This document shows positions 25,597 through 34,972 of a stretch of 64,000 nt of DNA, piece by piece. Numbering within the stretch: position 1 is the first letter of the stretch; each line of letters begins with the position of its first letter. The stretch lies in IMG/VR virus record IMGVR_UViG_3300022752_003639, positions 74,458-138,457 of that record. The stretch is one strand, 5' to 3'. Origin of the DNA: a virus. Below the pieces are notes generated by a model, which was not told the DNA's origin, did not search any database, and was given only the letters and a program-made list of their open reading frames with translations. Position numbers and translations under genes: made by a program.

Positions 25597-26477
25597 TGTC
25601 AGAAAGATCATATCTAAACTTACTAAAAGATATCTTAGAAAATGGCGAACATAGACAAGATAGAACAGGCGTAGGTACAATAAGTAAATTTGGCGGGCAA
25701 TTAGAATTCAATTTACAATTAGGATTCCCTGCTATAACTACAAAAAAACTTGCATGGAAATCAGTTGTATCTGAATTATTATGGTTTATTGAAGGTAGCG
25801 GAGATGAATTTAGGCTTAGAGAAATTCTACATGGTACTAGATATGCTGATAAGAAAACAATTTGGTCTGATAATGCCGCGGCATCTTATTGGACTTCTAA
25901 AAGAGTTGCAAGACATCCGGGTGATCTAGGTCGCATATATGGAGTGCAGTGGCGTAGGTGGCGTAAACCTATAATTAGAATTAATAAAGTCGTACTGGCC
26001 AATCACGACCAGCTTATTGAACTTGTTGAGTCTCTCAAAAAAGATCCATACAGTAGACGTCATATATTGTCTGCTTGGAACCCTGGAGAGCTAGAATTAA
26101 TGGCTTTACCACCCTGTCATTTACTAGCCCAATTTTATGTGTCATCTAATAACGAATTAAGTTGTCATATGTATCAACGTAGTGCAGACATGTTTTTAGG
26201 AGTGCCTTTCAATATTGCAAGTTACGCATTATTGACTCATATGCTTGCTAAAGTTACTGATTTAAATGTAGGGAAACTTATCATATCTTTTGGCGATGTT
26301 CACATATATAATAATCATATAGATCAAGTACAAGAACAATTAACGAGGACACCGTTAGCATTACCTACGCTAATTTTAAATGAGTCTATAGACGATATAA
26401 CTAGATTTAGAATGAATGATATAAATCTTGTAGACTATTCAAGTTACGATGCCATTAAAGCAGAAATGGCTGTTTAA
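25596..26477 (+). CDS. thyA: Thymidylate synthase
   Basis: DRTGVGT, ELLWFI, LGRIYG, ALPPCH and YQRSADMFLGVPFNIASY. Confidence 0.97.
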   Translation: MSERSYLNLLKDILENGEHRQDRTGVGTISKFGGQLEFNLQLGFPAITTKKLAWKSVVSELLWFIEGSGDEFRLREILHGTRYADKKTIWSDNAAASYWTSKRVARHPGDLGRIYGVQWRRWRKPIIRINKVVLANHDQLIELVESLKKDPYSRRHILSAWNPGELELMALPPCHLLAQFYVSSNNELSCHMYQRSADMFLGVPFNIASYALLTHMLAKVTDLNVGKLIISFGDVHIYNNHIDQVQEQLTRTPLALPTLILNESIDDITRFRMNDINLVDYSSYDAIKAEMAV

Positions 26478-27763
26478 ACCATTATTTCTACTTTACCTCT
26501 ATCACCTATAAAATCCTGTAGGGCCTTACCAATTACTGCACAAGGATGATCGCCGTCTTTAGCTGCTTCTGCATAACCTCTTACTGAACTGGTTACTAAA
26601 AGTTGCCCTTTGGTTATCGGGCCGATTACTTTGCATGGAACTTTACCTTTTAAAGCTACAAAAGGATGAGTTTGATTTTCACCAACAGAATCGTTCATTC
26701 TATAAGCTGGATTTTTAGATATTACTCCTGCTACAGATGTATTTGCTCTGATATCTGTTAAGGTAATTTCTTTTTCACCGCCAATTACAACAACCGTACC
26801 ATACTGATAAACATCATCTGCTTCATATCTTTCTGCTAGATCAGCATATAAGGCACTACTTGCTATGGTACTTAAAACTCTGGTTACCGGATTATATTGT
26901 AACCCGGTATTTGCATATACAACTGCTGAACTTGTACTTGTACTCAAAAACGGTACAAACCAATTTTTATTATTCGCTCCTGCTGCCGAAGATATTTCTG
27001 TATAACCCATGCTTGAAGCATATGTAGCTGTTGCGGCTGTTAGAGCATATAGGGATTCCGCTGCTGTTCCCCACAAGTACGTGCTTGTAGATAATCCTGT
27101 AATTTCTTTTCTTGTAGAACCTGTAGCAGGATCAGCTCCTAGTAATGTAATACCCCTTACTAATCTCTTTGTTATAGGATACAAAGGATATTCAGATGGG
27201 TTTTGAACTGATTCAGATTGTGGTAAATTATATGTATCTGCAGAGACTATGGCTATACTTTCTTCCGCACTTCCAATCACAGCCTTAAGATTATAGATAG
27301 GTAAGTCAAGAGAACTTACATTATATTCAAAATCTCCATGCCATTGCGCTCTTGTATCGGAACCAATAGGAGGACCAACTGTTATATAATCATTTCCATC
27401 ATATATGTTTAGTTGTTTTTTTGTTGTATTAAACCACAAGTCGCCTTGAACAGGTGATTTTGTAGACGTAGGAATATTTGTTTCAGAGCTAGATTCTAAA
27501 TTAGCGACACCTTTCCAATGCAGACTATCGTATGCATAAAACTTTTTCTCAGTTACATTGAAATAAAGTTGTCCTTCGATAGGTTTAGCAGGAGCTGTGG
27601 TATTTGCAAAATTCTCTAATAATTTTAAAAAATTTTCGTTTTGATATTCACCATAGCCTGCAAAATTTTTGCCTACAAAAAGTAAATCTGTAGTTTGATC
27701 TAAACTTGCATCCTGTACAGTAACTAAAATTGTTCCATTTGTTTTATTAAGAATATATGGCAT
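26474..27763 (-). CDS. Tail fibre/baseplate-attached protein with C-terminal autocleaving chaperone-like domain
   Basis: N-terminal GKNxxGYGEYxNENFxKLLENFA domain; C-terminal YADLAERY...GTVVVIGG...VALKGKVPCKV. Confidence 0.75.
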   Translation of the reverse strand: MPYILNKTNGTILVTVQDASLDQTTDLLFVGKNFAGYGEYQNENFLKLLENFANTTAPAKPIEGQLYFNVTEKKFYAYDSLHWKGVANLESSSETNIPTSTKSPVQGDLWFNTTKKQLNIYDGNDYITVGPPIGSDTRAQWHGDFEYNVSSLDLPIYNLKAVIGSAEESIAIVSADTYNLPQSESVQNPSEYPLYPITKRLVRGITLLGADPATGSTRKEITGLSTSTYLWGTAAESLYALTAATATYASSMGYTEISSAAGANNKNWFVPFLSTSTSSAVVYANTGLQYNPVTRVLSTIASSALYADLAERYEADDVYQYGTVVVIGGEKEITLTDIRANTSVAGVISKNPAYRMNDSVGENQTHPFVALKGKVPCKVIGPITKGQLLVTSSVRGYAEAAKDGDHPCAVIGKALQDFIGDRGKVEIMV

Positions 27764-27773
27764 TTTTTAATCC

Positions 27774-28979
27774 TTACACTACTATATTAGTCATAGTGAA
27801 ATTACCTAAATTAACTCCGACTGTTGTAGCAGTATATATCTCATATGGAGCCCATCTTGTAGTTGGTGTGCTAATCACTGTGTAATGCCTTACAGACGTT
27901 GTAACTGTGCTTAATGCAAAAACAGATCCTGTACTAATAGTTGAAATAATAGCATTACTTACTGTCATAACAAACGAAGATACTGTAGAAACTATAGTTT
28001 CAGGATATAAACTAACAGGACCTTGTACTATAAGTCCAGGCTGAATCGCAGTGTTTGTTGAAATTGCTATAGTCGTAGTGCCTGTACTTGAAAATCCTGT
28101 AGCTGTAGTAATTGCTACAACATTTTTAAAGTCGCAAACTACTCTGCAACTTGAACCTAATGGGTATTCTACTGCTCCTGGAGGGAATACCTTGGTTATT
28201 GCCGCTGCAATCGCAATATTTGCATTATCGTAATTAATCTTATTAGTTAAAGAATTAGCAGATACATTATCAACTTTACCAAATCTTGTAATATCATAAT
28301 AAGAGCTTTCTTGTCTTGCTCTGGTCAATATATTACTATCATTTTGGTATATATTACCTCTAATATTAATATCGTTGAATATAGTTAATCCTTTTACTAT
28401 ATTCAACGTTGTGTTAACACTGTAAAATACTGTTCCAGAACTTGCCTGCAGAGTAAAAGCACTTTCTGATATCATCCCAACATAATTTCCCCTAGTATAT
28501 AATACACTAGGATAATACTGTTGTGCAGAAACTACATTATCAAATATTTTAAATGTGGCTGTAGAAAATCCTATTGTTCCGTCTTGAGGATTGGTACCGG
28601 GTCCTACTAACCAAAATTGAGTACCATCATAAGCAAATGTTTGTTTTGTACTATCGTTAAACCAAAATTCCCCGGTTCCTACATTACTTGGCTCTACTGA
28701 ATCTACATAAGACCCTAAACTTGAATTCCAACTGGCTCCATCATATAATTTCAATCTTCCGGCAACGGTGTCAAACCATAGTTGACCTTGTTGAGGACTT
28801 AATGGTTGGGTGTCATCGGCGAAATTTGTTAACAATTTGACAAAATTATTATTAATATATTCGCCATAATTGTTAACATTTTTGCCAAGAAGATCCAAAC
28901 TTGTAGTAGTGTTGTCTATTTCACCAACATCTATTACTGTTAGTACTGAATCACCATTTTTATAAATTACGTAAGCCAT
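27774..28979 (-). CDS. Tail fibre/baseplate-attached protein (paralogue)
   Basis: Same N-terminal domain (GKNVNNYGEYINNNFVKLLTNFA, GQLWFD); Thr/Ser-rich. Confidence 0.7.
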   Translation of the reverse strand: MAYVIYKNGDSVLTVIDVGEIDNTTTSLDLLGKNVNNYGEYINNNFVKLLTNFADDTQPLSPQQGQLWFDTVAGRLKLYDGASWNSSLGSYVDSVEPSNVGTGEFWFNDSTKQTFAYDGTQFWLVGPGTNPQDGTIGFSTATFKIFDNVVSAQQYYPSVLYTRGNYVGMISESAFTLQASSGTVFYSVNTTLNIVKGLTIFNDINIRGNIYQNDSNILTRARQESSYYDITRFGKVDNVSANSLTNKINYDNANIAIAAAITKVFPPGAVEYPLGSSCRVVCDFKNVVAITTATGFSSTGTTTIAISTNTAIQPGLIVQGPVSLYPETIVSTVSSFVMTVSNAIISTISTGSVFALSTVTTSVRHYTVISTPTTRWAPYEIYTATTVGVNLGNFTMTNIVV

Positions 28980-28983
28980 TATA

Positions 28984-30753
28984 TTAAGTCTTTATAAGAT
29001 AATAAATCGTTCCTGTAGTCAAACTTAGAGTAAAATTAGGCACACTGAAATTAGCTCCAGACCCGCCATAACGATAACCAAGAATAGAAAATAAATTAAA
29101 TTGGGCAGATGTAGATGTAGTTTGCCCATTGCATAACAGCCAAGAAGGCTGACCATCTGATTTAACTAATGTTGGTTGAGTTGTAGTGGTCCAAGGTACA
29201 ATCATGCCTGTGTTAAAAGAATATTCAGGGGAATCTGAAAGAAATTGTCTTTTTGAAGTATTTTGTATTACTGGATTAGCAGTTCCTGTATTAACAACCA
29301 ATAGTGTCAATGTTCCTGTGGTAGAAGTGGTATAAGTTGTACCAGTAATTAAAGAAGCATTTGTAGTAGCTGTAAGGACCACACTGGATGTACCATTAAA
29401 TAACACACTGGTACTTGTAATTACACCATTTATACTAAACGACCTTAAAGTTGAAAGTTTCTGCGCAGACTCTACTTCACCATAAATGTATACAGATGTT
29501 CCTGTAGTTCCTATTCTACTTACATAAAGTTGATAAAAAGGAGTACTAGTACTACCTATTACACCAGAACTATTTGTTGCTAGAATATTTTTTGTAGTTA
29601 TTGTGTTAACTACGGATAAAGAATTACCTACCGTTATACTATTAGTACTGGTAATGCCTCCAATTATGTTTACATTACCCAACACTTCAATAGCCGTTAA
29701 TGTACTATTAACATTTACTGTTAAGGTTCCTGAAAAACCTGCTCCTCCGTTAACGGTTAATGTAGGACTAGCAGCAGATAATTGACTAGCTGTTGAATTA
29801 ATGCCTACTTTTTTATAAATGCCGTTAAAAGATATATACGAATTGGCTTCTATTCCTACTCTAAACAGCTGACTAGTTGCTGTGTAACTAATTATGCCGT
29901 AAGTTGGATAAACTTGTAACTTTATTTCGGGGCTTGTTGTATTTCTTCTAACACTAAATCCGTTGGTTGATTCTACAATGAATGTTCCAGTATGTATTTG
30001 TTTACTGGTACTGACAATATTATTTCTTAAAACTTCGTGAGAACTGAAAGTTACACCATTGGTTAACTGTAAATTAGATGCCCTAGATGCTAAACCTAGA
30101 AAGGCCGCTCCGTTTCTACCGGTTAAGTTTGCTCCAATGCTTATGGATCCGAATCCATTAATCACAGATCTCGGTGTAAATTCGTAATTACTTATAATTT
30201 CAACAACCTGCCCATCTACCCAATTTAATATAACAGGGTAAAATTGTCCGGTGGTACTTTCTAAAACAACATTTTCAGGTCCGGTTTTATTTGCATTGAT
30301 AGATGTACTAGGTCCCACTATGGTCCATCCCGGACCATTTCTTATTTTTACCTGCATATTCTGTGTATCTACCCACATGTCACCTTCTACTATAGACTGT
30401 GTATACTGAGTAGCAGGATCAGTTGGTTGAGTGTAAATACCACTGGCTACAGGCCATCTATCACTTGTCTGATTTCCATTGTTAACTCTTAAAATATTAC
30501 GATCGGGGTCACTTGTATCATACCATAACTGTCCTTCAATCGAATTTTGAGGAGGATTAGGTCCTGCAAAGTTTTCAACCAATTTAACGAAATTCTGAGC
30601 TATGCTTTGCCCATATAAAAGATATCCTGGTCCGACTAAATCTAAGCTAGTATCGTAATTATTAATTCCGGTTCCGTTATTAGTTCCTATTACTTGGATT
30701 GGATTTTTAGTAGGATCTGCAAAAGTTAAAGTATAAATGTACTGTGTAGGCAT
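28984..30753 (-). CDS. Tail fibre protein with C-terminal tail-collar domain (paralogue)
   Basis: Same N-terminal domain; C-terminal WLLCNGQ...LFSILGYRYGGSGANFSVPN. Confidence 0.8.
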   Translation of the reverse strand: MPTQYIYTLTFADPTKNPIQVIGTNNGTGINNYDTSLDLVGPGYLLYGQSIAQNFVKLVENFAGPNPPQNSIEGQLWYDTSDPDRNILRVNNGNQTSDRWPVASGIYTQPTDPATQYTQSIVEGDMWVDTQNMQVKIRNGPGWTIVGPSTSINANKTGPENVVLESTTGQFYPVILNWVDGQVVEIISNYEFTPRSVINGFGSISIGANLTGRNGAAFLGLASRASNLQLTNGVTFSSHEVLRNNIVSTSKQIHTGTFIVESTNGFSVRRNTTSPEIKLQVYPTYGIISYTATSQLFRVGIEANSYISFNGIYKKVGINSTASQLSAASPTLTVNGGAGFSGTLTVNVNSTLTAIEVLGNVNIIGGITSTNSITVGNSLSVVNTITTKNILATNSSGVIGSTSTPFYQLYVSRIGTTGTSVYIYGEVESAQKLSTLRSFSINGVITSTSVLFNGTSSVVLTATTNASLITGTTYTTSTTGTLTLLVVNTGTANPVIQNTSKRQFLSDSPEYSFNTGMIVPWTTTTQPTLVKSDGQPSWLLCNGQTTSTSAQFNLFSILGYRYGGSGANFSVPNFTLSLTTGTIYYLIKT

Positions 30754-30754
30754 T

Positions 30755-31414
30755 TTAAATTCCGTTACTTAAACTTTGAATCCTTATGGTGTAATCTACC
30801 TGAATTAATCTGTTCAGAGATTTTTGTACAGGATGGAAAATTACATGTGTTAACAACAAACCTAAATTAGGACCGCCAGGATCGTAACTGCGAAGCCCTA
30901 TTTCATCAAAAACATAATCACCTTCTGTAGACGTTGCGGTGTCAAACGCTTCTTGTCCAAATGGTTCACCAAAGTCTAATAAACAACTTACCAAAACATC
31001 ACTGTATGCTACCCCTAATATATGCCTTGCCTCCATAAAATTTCTAGCAGGGTCCGTACTAAATGGGCTTCTAGCATCAACAGCTTTAGAGTAAGTTTGA
31101 TTATAAAGGGAAGATCCGCTACCTATTGTGTTTGGTGTTAGGTATGTTATTATCCCTGTACTATCTACCAATGTACCGCCGTTACCAAAACACATTTCCC
31201 CTATGGTGCCTTCTCCCTGATTGGCAATACTTTTAGCTAAAGCTATGCTAAAATTTTCATAATGAATAGCATTTCTTTTATTAACAAATACTTCTTTGCT
31301 AATAGGATCGTAAATTTTCAAATGTCCTTGGAGAGAAATAGGGCTTGTTTCGTTAGGTTTTGAAACAGGCATTGAAGGTTGAACTTGTTTATTAGGAGGA
31401 ATGTTTTGATTCAT
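30755..31414 (-). CDS. Virion structural/baseplate protein
   Basis: Lies in the structural operon; late motif upstream. Confidence 0.6.
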   Translation of the reverse strand: MNQNIPPNKQVQPSMPVSKPNETSPISLQGHLKIYDPISKEVFVNKRNAIHYENFSIALAKSIANQGEGTIGEMCFGNGGTLVDSTGIITYLTPNTIGSGSSLYNQTYSKAVDARSPFSTDPARNFMEARHILGVAYSDVLVSCLLDFGEPFGQEAFDTATSTEGDYVFDEIGLRSYDPGGPNLGLLLTHVIFHPVQKSLNRLIQVDYTIRIQSLSNGI

Positions 31415-31419
31415 AATGA

Positions 31420-31426
31420 TATTTAT
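31420..31426 (-). promoter_or_regulatory. Late-type promoter motif ATAAATA
   Basis: Intergenic, a few nt upstream of the start at 31414. Confidence 0.55.
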
Positions 31427-31440
31427 TAAAAAAAATTCGT

Positions 31441-33099
31441 CTACGATTTACCATATCTAAAAATCCTAGCCCTGGGATATACTTGACCCTTAGTAGGTCT
31501 ATTGCCATAATTTGACACAGGTCCTAGCTGCCCTTGCGTAGGTCTTTTCGGGTAAAAATATAGATACCTGTTAGTACTTCCTTGTAGACTGGTATAATCA
31601 CTAGGACCTCCACCTGTATCTGTAATTTGAGATACCTTGGCATAATTGGTTATATGAGTTACAGCATCAGTTTGTTTCATTGTAGGCCAATTTTCTGCTA
31701 GACAAGCTACAATTCCTGTAACTTGAGGACAGGCTTGAGATGTTCCAGATCTTTTACCTAGCACAAACGAGCCATTTCTATTATCTGTTACATAGGTATC
31801 TACTGTTGAATTAACACTACTTATTATTCTTCTACCAGGAGCATATACATCTACCCTAGGACCGCAATTACTAAAATTTGTTTTATACTCAACGACCGTT
31901 GAATCTATCGCTCCTACTAACAAAGCGTTTGTTACAGCGGTAACAGTACCTCTCATATAATAATAATCTATATTATTTGCACGAAAATAATTATTATAAT
32001 CATTACTTGCTGTAGCACTGTAATTAGCTATCTTGCTATATGTATTACCTGCCGCACCTACTACTATAGCTCCGGCATTCATTAAATCGGTTATGTCTTG
32101 TTCAATACTAGCATTTCTTACCATGGTATAAGCAAAATTACCATCATTATAGATTCCAAAGTTTGTTAATTGAACGCTAGTAAAGTTACCAACATATTGC
32201 GTTCCTTGATATACAACACGAGTTATTGTAGTAATGTTAACACTAGTTGTTAAACCAATGCTCATATTAACCACAGTTGGATTTTTTATTCCTGTTATTG
32301 GATTAATTTGTTTAGTTTGATGCCATACTTTGACATATTGTAAAAAATAACTCGTATAACTTGGATTAGTAGAATAGGGGTTTATATTGTAAATGCTTGC
32401 ATCTCGCGCCCAGCCTTGACTATTACCTGCTGCTATACCTGCTACATGACACCCATGGTCATTGTCGTAAGTTCTATCAGGAAATCCATCATTATTGAAA
32501 TCCCCGTAGGAATTATCAATATATGGAGTGTAAACATAGGTGCTTACAGGACTTTGAATAACAATAGGGTTAAGATCAAACCAATTGTATTGCACAACTC
32601 TTGTACCTCCTGAACCATCTGCATTTACAGCAAACTCTGGATGAGAAGGGTTAAAATGTCCATCTATAATAACCACATCAACATATTTTCCGCTGGCGGT
32701 AACATTAATAGAGCCACTTACGTTTGTAGTGCCATTACTACCCCAATTAGGTCTAGTTTCTCCCTCAACACATCTTAATAAACCCCAATTTACATGTGTA
32801 TTGCTTATTGTATTACTTTTATTCCATGTAGAACTATATTGAGTATACAATGGTCGAAATACTAGATTTTGTTCTTTTATACTTAATTCTACCGCCATTA
32901 CTCTGGGGTCGTTTCTAACCTGTTCAGCTTCTTCATCTGTTAACAAATATGTTGTATTTCTGCTTGTAGGTTGCCTTTCTTGAACTGAAATAATTCTGTT
33001 AGGAACATATAATGCGCCACCTTCAGTTTCCATATCTAGATAAAAATTTTCTAGATCTTCAAAATTATGTAGCGTAACTACATATTCTCTTAAAGACAT
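31441..33099 (-). CDS. Subtilisin-like S8 serine protease with I9-like prodomain
   Basis: Triad motifs VIIDG, HGCHVAG and GTSQACPQV; oxyanion AAGN; FSNCG. Confidence 0.92.
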   Translation of the reverse strand: MSLREYVVTLHNFEDLENFYLDMETEGGALYVPNRIISVQERQPTSRNTTYLLTDEEAEQVRNDPRVMAVELSIKEQNLVFRPLYTQYSSTWNKSNTISNTHVNWGLLRCVEGETRPNWGSNGTTNVSGSINVTASGKYVDVVIIDGHFNPSHPEFAVNADGSGGTRVVQYNWFDLNPIVIQSPVSTYVYTPYIDNSYGDFNNDGFPDRTYDNDHGCHVAGIAAGNSQGWARDASIYNINPYSTNPSYTSYFLQYVKVWHQTKQINPITGIKNPTVVNMSIGLTTSVNITTITRVVYQGTQYVGNFTSVQLTNFGIYNDGNFAYTMVRNASIEQDITDLMNAGAIVVGAAGNTYSKIANYSATASNDYNNYFRANNIDYYYMRGTVTAVTNALLVGAIDSTVVEYKTNFSNCGPRVDVYAPGRRIISSVNSTVDTYVTDNRNGSFVLGKRSGTSQACPQVTGIVACLAENWPTMKQTDAVTHITNYAKVSQITDTGGGPSDYTSLQGSTNRYLYFYPKRPTQGQLGPVSNYGNRPTKGQVYPRARIFRYGKS

Positions 33100-33100
33100 C

Positions 33101-34969
33101 TTAGGCTTCCAATCCTAATACTACCAACGACACACTGATAGCACTTGAAACTGTATTTTTATTTGTAACTGCTAGGTAAATTGTGTTAGTTGTTAAAGCA
33201 TCATTATTAAATCCTATAACTCCAGGAGTTATTAATTGTGTTAATGACCCAGCAGTTGTGATAACTTCTGCAATGACGCCAGATCCAGGTAATGGATCAT
33301 TACCCTCAGCTCGTGAACTATCCGATGACCTACTTGTACTATCAGAGTATATTCTAACCCATGCAGGCACAGAAGTTATAACTTTACTCAATACATAACT
33401 TTTATAACCAACTACATGTGTACTAGCAGTTGTGCCTGTGGATAAGGAGTTGGTAACGGTAGTAGACGTTGTTCTAAATGTAGCTAATCCTCCCCCGCCT
33501 GCAGAGTATGACCACCCTGTGTCAAAACTAGCATTACTTAATTTTACTAATGCCTGGCCTGCTACACCGCCGCTAGGAACACCTGGGCCAGTTGGACCTG
33601 TAACTCCTGCTCCAGTTGGACCTGTTACTCCTTGTGGTCCTTGTGGTCCAGTTATACCTTGTGGTCCACTTGGTCCTTGAGGACCTGTTACTCCACTAGG
33701 ACCCCCACTTGGACCTGTTGGACCAATAGGACCAGTAATACCTTGTGGTCCTGTAACTCCGGGATCGCCTGTGAATCCTCTTGGTCCTTGTGGACCTGTA
33801 ATACCCATTGGTCCTTGAGGTCCTATAGGTCCACCGCTAGGACCGGTAGGACCTAATGGGCCGGTAGGACCTGTTGGTCCGCCTGGATCACCTTTGTTAC
33901 CTGCCGGTGCAAATATTAATGCCATTGTAGCTGTTGAAGGTATAGAACCTGAAATATACTGAACTGGTACTTCAATATGATTAGTTTGAATCGTTGAAGT
34001 ATCTATTACTTTAAATATATTTGTTACAGTTGTTCCAGTAGATAAAGCATTACTAATATACAAAAATCCACGTCCAGTTGGGTTTGTTGAATCATCCCAT
34101 GCCCCTATCCATGGTGATTGATCTATACCATAGGCATCAGTTTTATGTATATAAATTACGTTTACATTGGCAATAATATTTGTGCTATATTTTATATTTC
34201 CCGATCCAGGATTACCGCTACCAAATAACGGTTGGAAATTATAAATTACTCCAGACCTTAAACCAATAGTGCCGCTTGGTCCACTAGGTCCACTGGGTCC
34301 GCTTGGTCCACTAGGTCCTTGTGGGCCTCCTGCCGGGCCTGTAGGTCCTGGAGGTCCTGCTGGACCGATATCACTTAATGTTATAATCCCTTGCATTGCA
34401 AGAGAATTTTCACTTATATAATATAAAGTATTAGGAGCGTTCAACGGTGGAGTGAACACCACCGTACCAGTAGCTGTACCATTATTTGATATACCGGAAG
34501 TATAACCATTGAGAACACCAATTGATGCTGTAGTCTTAATCCAAAAAGGCTGTCCTGGCGCATTCACGTTAAAATAATAAGTAAATCCTCTGATCAAACT
34601 TATTGTTGGATCATTATTTCCATTTATTACAAAATCGTTAGTGGCATTATTTGTTATTGTATAATTAATTCCTCCAAGAGGACCAGTAGGGCCTTGCGGA
34701 CCTGTAGCACCTGTAGGACCTTGAGGACCTCCTGCTGGACCTGTGGGCCCCGGTATTCCAGATGGGCCTGAAGGTCCAATAGGTCCTGCTGGTCCAGATG
34801 GTCCTTGTGGACCAGTGGTTCCAATGTAACCCATTCCAGTTAAAGAATTTAAAATTTGATTTCTTACTGTATTGAAACTGACTCTTCTAGTCAGTTGGTT
34901 ATCTACAACAACAAATGTTGTATTTGTAGATGCTGTAGAAAGTATCGTTAATTGGGTAACATTAGGCAT
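33101..34969 (-). CDS. Collagen-like fibre protein with cupredoxin-like insert
   Basis: Three G-X-Y (GPTGPQGPS) blocks separated by globular domains. Confidence 0.85.
   Translation of the reverse strand: MPNVTQLTILSTASTNTTFVVVDNQLTRRVSFNTVRNQILNSLTGMGYIGTTGPQGPSGPAGPIGPSGPSGIPGPTGPAGGPQGPTGATGPQGPTGPLGGINYTITNNATNDFVINGNNDPTISLIRGFTYYFNVNAPGQPFWIKTTASIGVLNGYTSGISNNGTATGTVVFTPPLNAPNTLYYISENSLAMQGIITLSDIGPAGPPGPTGPAGGPQGPSGPSGPSGPSGPSGTIGLRSGVIYNFQPLFGSGNPGSGNIKYSTNIIANVNVIYIHKTDAYGIDQSPWIGAWDDSTNPTGRGFLYISNALSTGTTVTNIFKVIDTSTIQTNHIEVPVQYISGSIPSTATMALIFAPAGNKGDPGGPTGPTGPLGPTGPSGGPIGPQGPMGITGPQGPRGFTGDPGVTGPQGITGPIGPTGPSGGPSGVTGPQGPSGPQGITGPQGPQGVTGPTGAGVTGPTGPGVPSGGVAGQALVKLSNASFDTGWSYSAGGGGLATFRTTSTTVTNSLSTGTTASTHVVGYKSYVLSKVITSVPAWVRIYSDSTSRSSDSSRAEGNDPLPGSGVIAEVITTAGSLTQLITPGVIGFNNDALTTNTIYLAVTNKNTVSSAISVSLVVLGLEA
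33580..34820 (-). repeat. Collagen triplet repeats (GGT/GGA-CCN)
   Basis: Blocks at about 33580-33900, 34265-34370 and 34680-34820. Confidence 0.85.
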
Positions 34970-34972
34970 ACC

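Noticed and set aside
25596-26477. thyA homologue as a dCMP hydroxymethylase feeding the carbamoyltransferase
   Set aside because: It keeps the dUMP-specifying Asn (PFNIASY) and canonical ThyA motifs, and it is paired with a DHFR-like gene.
33580-34820. CRISPR-like or satellite repeats
   Set aside because: The periodicity is 9-nt collagen codon repetition within a CDS, with no spacers.
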